Source: Amphiscolops sp. MND2022 (Eukaryota). Taken from it: a DNA stretch of 64,000 nucleotides. The translations under genes were made by a program, and so were the position numbers. The stretch's first letter is position 1. Every line of letters starts with the position of its first letter. The notes beneath the pieces were generated by a model that was given only the letters and a program-made list of their open reading frames with translations, had not been told where the DNA came from and ran no database searches. The stretch spans positions 11,224,001-11,288,000 of the forward strand of contig OZ076409.1 in NCBI GenBank assembly GCA_964187785.1, given 5' to 3'. Positions 12,508 through 24,500 of the stretch are shown here, one piece after another.

Positions 12508-15500
12508 TCAGTCTTCGCTACTGTTTTTTGATGTGTTTTGTTTACTGCAGAAAAGTGAGAAGGCAAATTTCAAGTAATCAAGCAATTCTTTGGGTCCGCC
12601 AAATGAGTATTCTACCTTTTCTTTATCCTTCTCGAAAAACTCCACCAGGGGTCTCCAAAATACAGGAAACCATTCGTCCGACTTGATTTCCTGAAATGAA
12701 TCTTAAATCAAGTGACACCAGGTTTAAAAAGTATTCAGATCGCTTCACGATCAAAAATTTTTCGGTTTCTCACTATTTTCTCAAATCTAGTATCTGAATG
12801 AAAGAGTTTCCAATTTATCAAATGACGCTCTTGCATGTTCTAGTGAATATGGAGCGCTGATTACATGAGAATGTCCATTTATTTCTTCACACGCTATGAA
12901 TGGATACAAACAGGAGGTATGACAATCAGCTGTTACAGGGTGCGACTGTTACAATGGCCTTAGTTTTACACTTTTCCTCCCCCTTAATGGTTCACTTTTT
13001 GCAGACGTATACTGGTTTCTGCGCAATACCTAAAGAACATCTATAGTTCACTTTTAGTATACCGAGTCCTTTTTTTACGAAAGTGTTTCATACTTCTTAT
13101 GTGTATTTTATACCGAAGTCTTTTTTTACGAAAGTAGAGACAACAGGGTCGCCGTTTGGTTTCATTTCCATTGTGAGATCATTTCAAAAATTTGTCCTGA
13201 AAAGGTTCTGCTTGAGTATATATTTTTCGATATTTTGCAACCACGTGACGAATATCTTGCTACTCACTTAGAAACCTATGATCGGAAGTAGTATACGTTG
13301 GTAGGGGTATTCGCACACTTTCGTTTCTCCCTACAGTTTAACATGGAGTTTTTGCAATTTTCTGCAAAAGGTAACCATATAAGGTAACAATTCTCAGCTA
13401 GGGCCACCTCTAAGTTGTGCGGGAGCGGGTAGAATCATTTAGATTAACAATTTGAACTGTATTCGCAATCTGATGATGTCTTTTTACACTCTTAAAACTT
13501 ATAACTGAACAGGCAGTGTAGCTCTAGTGCTTAAAACCGCTGCAGCGGGCTCGATGGTACCGTGATCGAGCCGCACCCTAAGCACTAGTCCTGCACTACC
13601 ATTTTGATGGAAATCAACAATAAAATTGAGCCTGAAAATTAAACACGCAGAGGTTAAAATACCATATTTATTTTGACACTTCGCCACGCTAGTCAATAAA
13701 TTTTCCAGTCAAATCAGTTGTGCGTACCAAAAATATCGTGAGAGAGTTGCAATCAAGCCGGTGATTAATCTTTTCCAATTCAGACGCTAATATGACTTTT
13801 TGATTTTTTCCCACCAAAAAGATGACATATCACAAGTCGATTGAAAATAAAAACCGAGTCCAGAAGTTGCATTTCATTTCAACTGAAAACCTCGTCAGTA
13901 CATCATGACTTCCACTACAAAAGAATTTTCCACTGAACGTATGAGATACCTTCTATACGAGACAAACGAAGTCTTCACACAAAAAACCTGGGACTCTTCT
14001 GATCAAGACGACAGTGTGACAGAACCCATACCCAGAAAAGAATACAATCCATTGAGAAACACAAACCATTTGGTCGAAAGTCTCAAAAAATTCCTCGAAT
14101 GGGTTATAGATTACTCCAACTTGGAATTTTGCGTGGCTCTGCATGCGAAGGAAGACGACGCAAACGAAATGGATATTTGCCAGAGTTATGGAAGACTGCA
14201 CTATCACGTGATACTCTATAGTGTGAAATTTCCCAAAACCTTGGATAAAATTATCAAAAAGAACTTTACCACTACCCTCGAGGAAACCATGAACTCGCAG
14301 AACAACTACAGAATTGAAATGTTCAACACAAATAGTTCATCTTTTCGAAGAGAATTTTTGAGAAACACAAAAACTTTGGTGACACATGGGCCATCTATTC
14401 AACAGCACTTGAAGGGATTGAATCATACAAGCAGCCGCAATCACGTTGACTGTATCTGGGACAAATGTCAAAAAAGTGGGCGGTATGAAGCAAGCCGCGA
14501 CACAATCATCGATCGAACCAAAATTCTAGACAACGTTGAAGAGTTGGAAAAATCCGCCAGTCAGTTCAAACATGTGATACCCGATATCGTCAACTTTCTC
14601 ACCCAAAACAGCTATGGATCCTTCACCAACTCCCAACACAGTTCGGTTTTAAAAGTATCACTCGACCTGACCGACGCTCAATGTTGCTGCCACGACTGCT
14701 GCTTTCCCGAAACACAAACCCCGGAGAGCAGAAACTATCAATTCATTGACGAAGGAACTGTCCTGTTTGAACAATCATTTGATTGTATATTCAGCTAGAT
14801 TTCAGTTGCTAAAAATTTGCTTTCAATCATGTTGTTTTCTGAGTATCTTGATATACAACAAGTAATAAAAAACTTTGATGAACTAGTAATTATTTTCCCA
14901 CAAAATAAGGTCAGCAAAAATGCTTTTCTCGCAGTTTGTCAGGGTATTGACCCAACACGGGACCTGGCAGCAATAAATGTAGAATGTGAGTACGGAGGCT
15001 TGATAGGGCCAGGCAACAGTTTCCTACATCCTTTGCTTCAGAAATTTAAACTTTTCCGTGTTCACGCGGTCTTTCATGATGCATTTGGTTTCATGAAAGA
15101 AAAGTATAATTTGGGACCAGGATATGTTTACACATTGGGTGAGGAACCATTATTCAAGAACAGCTGCCTGTTGGGTCATTTCACCGGCTTGTTTCTTTGG
15201 ATGTATCTAAAACTGACACAATCACAGATTTATTCCGAGTTGCCATTTTGACTAGTAAGCATTCCAAATGTCAGCTGCTAGCTCCAAGCTACCAAACACA
15301 TCACTGCAGCTTTCATTGAATTCGAAAGTTTTCATACAATATAATCATCAGAATCATTTTTGCATTTACCTCGAAAAGATTGATTCTGGTGTCTGTCCGC
15401 TAAACAAATACAGGTTGAGACACCTAGTTCCACTCACTTTGGAAGAACTTCTCCAACTATCGGAAGCATCGAAAATTCTTTGTTCAACCCTAGAATACAA

Positions 15501-18500
15501 CTATAATCTTTCTAAAAAGCGAGAATACCCAGATGCCAAACCATCTCGCAAATAAAAAAGCTAAGGATCAACCAGACACACCAATATCTGTTACTGGAGG
15601 CAGTCTGATTTTTGACAACGACGAAAACGAGAGGCCTCCTTGGAAACTTCAATGCTGTTGTATTAGAAAAGAATGTGAGCGATCGCTCCAAGTCTTATTA
15701 CTGCATTATTTTATCGTCTTTTTGGTTGTGGCAGCAAGTATAGGGTTCTTATTCCTCAAGCAGAGCGAAAACAAGGGCAGCATAGGAGTGGTTGCCATCA
15801 TATCAGCGTACTTAGGCTATATAATTCCGTCACCGAGACAATGAACAAAATAATCAGCACAGATCCCACTGTTTTCTCATGGTAGTTGGACCCAGTGGCT
15901 CGGGAAAAACTTACTTAGTCTCGCAGCTTCTGAAACAGCATCACCAAATTTTCAAACCGAACTTCCAACAATTTCTGTACTTTTATAATCATTTTCAACC
16001 CATTTATCAAGAACTGCAAGTGTTACTGGGACCAAAAACTTTTCATCTTTGTCAAGGTGTTGACTGGTCTCTACTGGACAAGGCATCGGCGTCAAACCGA
16101 CACACTCTCGTCATTTTCGACGATGTCTATCAAGAAGTAGCTGCCGCGAAAGAGTTTTTGAACCTCGTGATTTCCGGCCGACATCAGAAACTACATCTGC
16201 TGGTCCTGAAGCACAATTTGTACCAGCAGTCAACAAACTCCAAAACGATTGATCTGAATGTTACACAATTGTTGTTGCTGAGGAACCCACGAGACACAAA
16301 TCAAATTGACTACTTGGGACGACAACTTGGTTGTCGAGAACTTTTACTCAATTCGTATAAAAGAGCAACGCAAGATGAGTTTGGTCATTTGCTCATCGAT
16401 CTGGATCCCCGGCTGAATGAAAACTTGAGTTTTTCTTCAAACATAGTTTCTAAACCAGCCATTTATTACTGTAACACTTCAAACTCGACAGCAATAAACA
16501 TTGATGATTCCTTCACAACATCTTTATACAATTGAGTTGTTCTCATCTTTCAAACCAATACTAAAAAGACATTTCATCTTACATTGTAGTGACGATATAA
16601 AACTTTTCTGCAATTGCCTTTTCAACATCAAGGAAGGAGCGATAGAGCTCAAAAATGTGAAACCTAGTACTCTCAAGAAAAATAAACTGCTCATTCAACA
16701 GCTCTGTTCACCTAAGATCAGGTTGGCTGTGAAAAGAGAACTACTGGCGTCCAAGCAAGGACAAACTCTTTTACGCCTGCTAAAAACTTCAATATTAAGA
16801 TATCTGAAGCTACAGTGCTATGAGCAAGCCAACAAAGCGGTTTGTACTTGTGCCAGCTGATGTGTACTTCAACAAAGGAGAGGAGAAGGCCATTAACGGC
16901 GGCTTAATTGCTCAACCATCAGTAGCAACATCTGAATCGAAAAGGGCCAAGTTTTCCGAACAAGACCTGAAACAAGAACTTATCAAGGAAGAAACACATT
17001 GCGAATCACCTTTGGAGGTGACCACGAAAGCGAGTCAACTCGATGTTCTAGATCGACTTGCGCCGTCGAATCGTAAAGAAGCAATCGATCAGAATAAATT
17101 GTGGAACATAAATAACAAAATACAAACAATCATTAGTAAATTGATCGAGCTCGGCTTTAGCAGCAGCAAGTTGGAAAGATCACGAATTATATTACAATCA
17201 TTTTTCAAAAATTCGCGACTGTCTCAACGAATTGCTGGAAATACAACTGGACGGCAGTCCAACACAGGTAAACCTCCTAGCATTTCTGAGTGACCTTCAA
17301 GTAGCCAACAAAAAACTGGGTGAAGCATCACTGAATGTGCTGCGTATACTTAAAATCACATATAAACACATCATAGCAAATGTCAAGGCAAAAGAGGTGG
17401 TGTCGTCAGCGGGACAAAACGATTCGACATCGAGTTCACTTTCTTCTTCGACCTTGTGGGTCGAGCGCTTCTGATGACGGGCAATTAGCAGCAGAACTCA
17501 TCAATCAACTCTTGATTCGAGCAGGAATTGAATTAAATCCCGGACCTCTCAAATGTAATTGCTGTAAAAAGCTTTTGGGCAAAAGTACGAAAAAGGCACC
17601 AACTGTTTGGTGTCACGTTTGCGGATGGGTACACTTCAAGTGCAGTGGCTTAAACACACCATTGGATTATCAAAAGACTACCAATTTTCGGTGCCCGTGG
17701 TGTGCCACCAACACTAGATTCGCAGACGAAAGTTCAGACCCGGCACTTTTAACATTGCACAAACTGTACACTTCAACAAGCAGTCACGCCGCTTTCGGCT
17801 CGAGCGAGGTTTTGAGGAAGGCAGCAGCAACAAAAAGAATCAAGAGAAAACAAGTTGACAAATTCCTTTCACAGAGCGAAACGTACACCAAGTTCCGCGC
17901 TGGTATACACAAGTTCACCCGGCTTAAAGTGCAATCTTACCGAATCAATGAAATTTGGTCTGGTGACTTGGCAGATGTGCATCAATTAGCAAAAAACAAC
18001 GACGGCAAGAAATTTCTCTTGGTTTTTGTGGATTGTTTGAGCCGATTCCTCCGCCTGGAAGCAATTGAAATCAAGTCAGCAACGCAAACAAGGACTGCAC
18101 TACAGCGTTTGATACGGAAGCAAAAACCAGAAAAGATTTGGGTGGACAAAGGAAAAGAATTTAAGGGCGAATTTGCCAAGCTATGTGCAGAGAAAAACAT
18201 TACAGTATATAGCACCCACAGTGAGATGAAATCATGTTTGGCCGAGCGCTACATTCGAACTCTCAAGTCAATTTTATTTAAATATTTGCATGAACACCAG
18301 TCGATACATTGATCAACTCCAAAACTTTGTTAACCTCATCAATTCTCGACCTAACAAGACCACAAAGATTGCTCCGAAAAAAGTGACAGAAAGATGTACC
18401 GTACCTCGTTTCGTTATCAGCCAATGCCAACCCAGTGAAAAAACCACGGTATAAGATTGGTGATACAGTAAGGATTCGATTGAAAATCCCCTTTCCACAA

Positions 18501-21500
18501 GGGCTATAAAATTCAGTTTACAGAAGAAATATTTGAAATTGTAGCCAATCCGACACTGAACCCCCCGACGTACACAATAAAAGACAAGGACGGCCAAGTC
18601 ATCGAAGGAAAATTCTACGAGGCAGAATTAGTTTTATTTCGTTACAGTTGAGTAGGTAGCTAGATGACCTTGTACCTGCAATGGAACAAACTTTTACAAT
18701 CAATTTAATTTCCAATGCTTCAATGCAAGTGTTTCCTGCAAACACTATGGCTCAATTCACAACATTATTACCCCATAGAATTGAACTAGCTGGAGACTGG
18801 GAAGTTGCCATTCTAGAGGCATCTTGGCCGGCCAAAGTTAAAAACATTACAAGCGCCGCATTTACGTTGATTTGCTTCGACAAAAAGTCAAAGAGACCAA
18901 CAAGACCGAAACATAATGGAACGATACCAGACGTCTATTATCCAAACGTCGACATTCTGATGACTAAACTGATACAATCAGTGTATCAAAGAAACGACAC
19001 AAACTTCCCAGTTAGTTGGAAAGTTGATCCAGTCAGCGGGAAAATTGAAGTTTTTTTCCACAGTCAAGAGTTGGAAGATCAATTTTGGCTCCTGTTCAAG
19101 TCAAGCGATCTGTCAAACACACTCGGAATCACCGACACGATTTGTTGCACAATTCAAAGCCAACTTGGAAAAGGTTACGCCGTGCAAGGCACTTACCCGG
19201 TCGATCTACAGGGTGGTCGGCATACAATGTTTTTATACTGCGATTTGATTCAAAACGAAGTCTTGGGTGACGCTCAAACAGCTCTTTTGAGGGTCATACC
19301 GTTGAACCAAAGAGATGCTGTTTCCAATGCAACATGCTACAGAAACTTTCAAAAATTGCAGTGGAAAAAACTGACAAGGTCAAATTTTCAATCAATAACG
19401 ATAAGACTCTACGATGAAAGCGGCCAGCTGATGCCTTTCGTCAGTGTTGGACGAACCAATCTCACGCTAGCTTTCCGTCGCCGCAGCGGCCACTCGTCTT
19501 CATTCAACTAAAATCAACAATTCTGAACAGTTGCTAACTAAAAGACCAAAACACAATCCATGGATGCTTACTATGCTTCGCAGAGGACATTCCACGGACC
19601 AGCAAGGCAATTCGGTTCCGGTGCAGGTCTGGGAGCCTTTGCAGTTCGCGTGGGACGGACTGCCATGCCGCTTTTAAAAAAATACGTCGCCCCAATAGTC
19701 AAACAAGTAGGCCAAAATGTGCTAGAAGCCGCTCTACCCGAAGTGGCCAGTCTCATTTCAGGCAAAAAGAAGACAAGAGGGCGATCAAGGATGTCGCCAA
19801 ACGGGTGATAGCAAAAACTATTGAGCCGAGTGCCGCGGCGGTCGGGCGGGCGGCGGCGGCGGCGGCGGCGCAGCCAGAAAACGAAAGCATGCTGAGTTGT
19901 TGAAAGCTCCTTCAACAAAAACAATCATTTCGAACAAAAAGACCCCCAAGAGAAGTCGGGCAGACATTTTGACCAAAGTGAGATTTGCCAATTCTTCCAA
20001 CAGTTGAAGGGAATGAGTGCCAGCACAACCAATTCAATACAATTTCATAGCCGAGCAAGCGATGTAGCTCAACCAGTAACACACAGTGCACTAGACTTTT
20101 GAAAAACCTTCAGTTTTGATCAATTACGAAGGGTCCCACGACCAAGAAGTTTTTCCACAAATGGGGTGTCGAGGACCACAATTGGATTTTATAGTTACCT
20201 CCGACAATAGAAACCTGGTTGATTTGAACAAAATAGTCTTGGACATCGACTGTGCCATCTATAAAGCCGATGGGAAAACGCCTGCCGAAGAAGTTCTTCC
20301 TGTATGTTTTGCAAACACGCTACATAGTTTGTTCTCTCACGCCGAGGTTTTTATTGACGGCATATTGGTTTCATCGAGCAACAATGCATACCACCACGCA
20401 GCATTCATCGAGACGGAAATGACGACCGACCTTGATGCGAAAGCAACTTGGGCTCGATGTCAAGGCTACGAGTACCAGGCAGACAAAACATCAGAGGAAG
20501 AGTTAGCCAAGTGGAAAAATGAAAAATACGAGCAGGCAAAAATCTCGAAAAACAAAATTACGACTGGTTGGAGCGCCCCATATTGACTTTTTCGAATGTG
20601 AAAAAATTCTTTTGCCAGGAATTACACTTCACATACGCCTCCACAGATCAAGCAACGACTTTGTACTAACATCTCTAGACAGCAGCAGTGATGATGAAAA
20701 GTTTGTTGCAATTATTGAAAGGGCATCACTGTTCGTCACCAAAATGGTCGTGAAGGACACTGTGCGAATGTCCATAGAAAAGGCGTTGGTATGTGGTCCT
20801 GCCCATTATCCCTACATTGAGACATTAAATAAAAGTTTCATCATTCAAGCAGGACAAAACAGCTTTGTGAAAGAAAATATTTTTGGAACGGAACCAGCCA
20901 GACGTCTCACTTTGTGCATGACAACAAACGAACAATTCCGAGGAACTAGGAATGCAGATGCCTTCCATTATAAACCCTTTGGCTTGCAGAGACTAGAAAT
21001 TACTCGTGGAAATGGGGTCCCAGTCCCAGGTAGTCCGCTGGACATGAGGAATGGAAAAATGCGAGCCTATTACAACACAATATGTTCACTTGGCTTTGCT
21101 GCGGGTAAAGGAGGAAACGGAATCGCTTACAAAAATTTTGACGATCATTTCGTTTTGGTATTCGATCTGACCTCTAGCAGAGAAGCTTCCAAAAGTCTCA
21201 CCTTATTTCCTGAACTAACAGGAGGTAGTCTCACGTTGAAGTTAACTTTTGAGCAACAATTGGAACAAACAATTGAGCTCTTCCTCATTGCGGAAAAATT
21301 TTGTCAAATTTTCATTACATCCGAAAGAACAGTTCTCAAAAACACGGTATTGTAGCTGTATCAAGTCACACTAATGGACACTTGGGCTCTACAAAAACTG
21401 GCACTCAAATGTAGTCATTTGATAGAAACATTTCGGGGAGTTTGGAGTGCAGACAACTTTCCTCTGATGAACGAGGACGATGCATCACCGTCATTTCAAA

Positions 21501-24500
21501 TTGTCAACACTGAAGCTAGCAACAAACCCGGAAAACACTGGATTCTACTATGCAAAAGAACTAAATCAGGTATAGGTGCTATCATATTTTGGGATAGCTT
21601 GGGAAAAAGGCCGAGAAAATACAAGGTATTGTTCGAACGATTGAATGAAATTTATAAAACAATTGTTGTATTCAACCATCCTCTTCAGAGCAACTATTCA
21701 AATTGCTGTGGTTTGTATTGTATACTTGTTGCACATTATTTACCATTATCGGATAATAACAAAGCAGCTGCACAAATGCTCCCAAAGAAGATGGTTGATG
21801 AGTGTTCATTAATTCGTTTTATAAATTACCATTATAATACTGCTTTCACATTTGTAGTCATTTGATTAATTGATCATTATTAACCACAATCACTTTCTTC
21901 GGCTTCACTAAGTATGAAGGGACACTTTCGTTTTGGTTCTCTGTCATCATCATCATCTCCACAGTAGTCAGACAGTTCATCGAAATTGACAATGTTTGAA
22001 GAATGCTCATCAGCATCGTCATCATAGGGTCGAGACGAGAAACCAGGATCAATAGGACCTGATAAGGAAAGAAAATAAAGTACTCGGTGCTTTAGTTGAC
22101 AGAAATTCGAATACTTAGAGTGATATACATACTGAAGATGGAGGAGGCCAACGAGCGCACAGAGGCGTCGTCACTTTGAGGAAAAACAGACGACGAAGCC
22201 CCATCATCATCATTATCATCATCATCTAACTCAGTGTCATCTTCGGCGGATGAGGATGAGACTGAGTAGGAGCGGGTTGAGTCAGAGAAGTCTGAAAAAA
22301 AGAACGAATAAAATTAACCATTCACACCTTTATGCATAAGATTGAAAATAGGTGAAAGTATTACTTGACTGTTTAAGTGAATGATGTCCGTAGGCCAAAG
22401 ATTTAACACCACAATCCAAGAGAAATCGTTTATCATCAAAGGCGCTTAGGGCGGTTTTGTTCACTGGAACCACGACTAGTTGATGTTGCTGCGATCGAAT
22501 TTGGGTGTTGACCCTGCAAATGTTCACTTTCGATTCTATAATGCTGGTGAACAGATCGTGATTCAACGTTTTTTTCACGCATTTTTGAACTCCTTTGGCA
22601 CTCTGCTTTACGCCACTGTCAAATTTTATACTGTAGAGTTTAGATCTCAAGCAAGTACATTCCAGTAGAATTTGACCATTCAATTCGTCCTTCATGGTTA
22701 GCGGCTTCTTCTTGTTAGTTGCGTCGTACAATTTCTGATTCTGAGGGTAGTCAGACAAATCCAAGAGATTTTTGAAAGATTCCATGTCTGAGTATAGATC
22801 ATCTGTTTCGATTCGATATAAAAGAGAATCAGTATCCTTGTAGACGACAGTTACTTTTTCTCCATAACGTGGCTTCATTTCGTTATAGTGGAAATTATAC
22901 AGCACAATTTTCGATAAGTCCAAAATGGCGGCTCCAACAGGCGTTGGTTTATTCCAGAAAGTTGAGGTTTTCGAAAAATTCAGTGAAACTAGATTGCTGT
23001 GGATTATTTGAAAAGTCAAAAAATTAGGCTTCAGGGTGTAACGTTTGGCCTCGGTAGTATTTGCAACAAACTTAGTATCCCTTCTATGACGTAGATTCTC
23101 CATCGTTTTGCCGAAACAGGCATTAGAAAGGAGCTTGAAAAAATTCTCGAAATCTGTTGTCGCATTTTTTCGCATTTGGGTGTTTTTGGATATGTAGTTT
23201 CCAAGCCAGCAGCTTTGATCGAACTGCAGAACACGATGGAGTTTCTTGACCTTGAGACCTTGCTCCAAATAAAATTTAAGGTTTCTAAAGTGGCATATAT
23301 AAAACTGTTTATCAAATAGCGTTTCAATAAGCTTGGCCACTGGTGAAACTGGAAGATTGAAGGAATTGGCGTAATCCGACAGCCATTCCTTCTTGATTGC
23401 GAGTTTTTCCGGAGCAAGAGGTAGGTCGTTGTGAGATGCATGCAAATGTGCTGGATATTCCAGGTCCACCTCAACGAAAAAACCAACGGGCCCGAAAGAG
23501 TCAGTTTGTAGGATATCCTCTAAAGTCAAATCTTCTCTCCATTTGTAGTTGCCGACAGGAAGAGGTTGCTGCATTGTTCCAGCATATAATGAAGTGACAT
23601 CAAAAAATGCTCCAAACACTGAAGGCTGGGAGGGATCGAAATCTTGCATGTATTGATTGTTAGCTTTGAAGTGTCGCAGGGCGCCGGTTCCATTGATACC
23701 GCCGCGAATAGCCCGCTCACAAAACAGTAACATATCAATATCCGTCAAAACTCCAAGCTCAACTTTGGTGGTGATCAGCATCGCTTCCCAGCTCAAGTTG
23801 GGAGCTGAAAAAAAAATGAGCAGGATCTAGTTGATACTCTTTCACACCCACGTCACGGAAAGCCTGAAAGATGTCTGCGAGGAGATACACATCAAGGGTT
23901 AAATATAGGTCATGATAATCGCCAAAGTCTTTGCACTGCATCAAATTGAACATATCCTTTGCTGTTTGGTACTGATCCTCGGTTATATCAATTTTACCAG
24001 TAAGACTATTTCTCCAAGCATCACCGTATGCTGGAAAAGGATCCGAAAACCTTTCGAAGCTGTTCAAGAAACTGTAGGGAAAATACCCTTTACCGCGAAC
24101 TTTTCGAAAGTCAGCATCGTTCAGATGCGAAAATTTCCTCCTTAAAAGTATGAGCGATGAAGTCTCCATTGTTCTGGCCAAGCTGTCGAGAGATTGGGAC
24201 ATGAATTGAAAACTGTCTAAGAAGCGAATTTCACTGTAAAGCGCAACAACTTTACCGTCCTTGCGTTTGTATTCAGAGACCTTGATGCGAAGGCTAAAAG
24301 AGATATAAATTTCGTCAGTACGCGAGATGGCTGAAAATTTTTCACCAGGGAGAACATTGATATTTTTCAGAATGTGGTGGGAATCATACCTGGAGAGATT
24401 GTGAAAGAACACAGGCAAGAAACGCTTGATCTGAGCCTTCAAATTACACATGGAATGAGCAATCCCAAAAATCATGCCCGATGAGTGGCAGTGATGAATC

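Noticed and set aside
19847..19872. (CGG)n microsatellite
   Set aside because: Encodes a poly-Gly/Ala stretch of the core protein; not an independent feature.
23808..23816. T9 run in polB as a programmed frameshift site
   Set aside because: It falls within a normally continuous conserved motif (DPAHFFSAPNLSW), and similar indels are scattered over the element; a sequencing error or decay is simpler.
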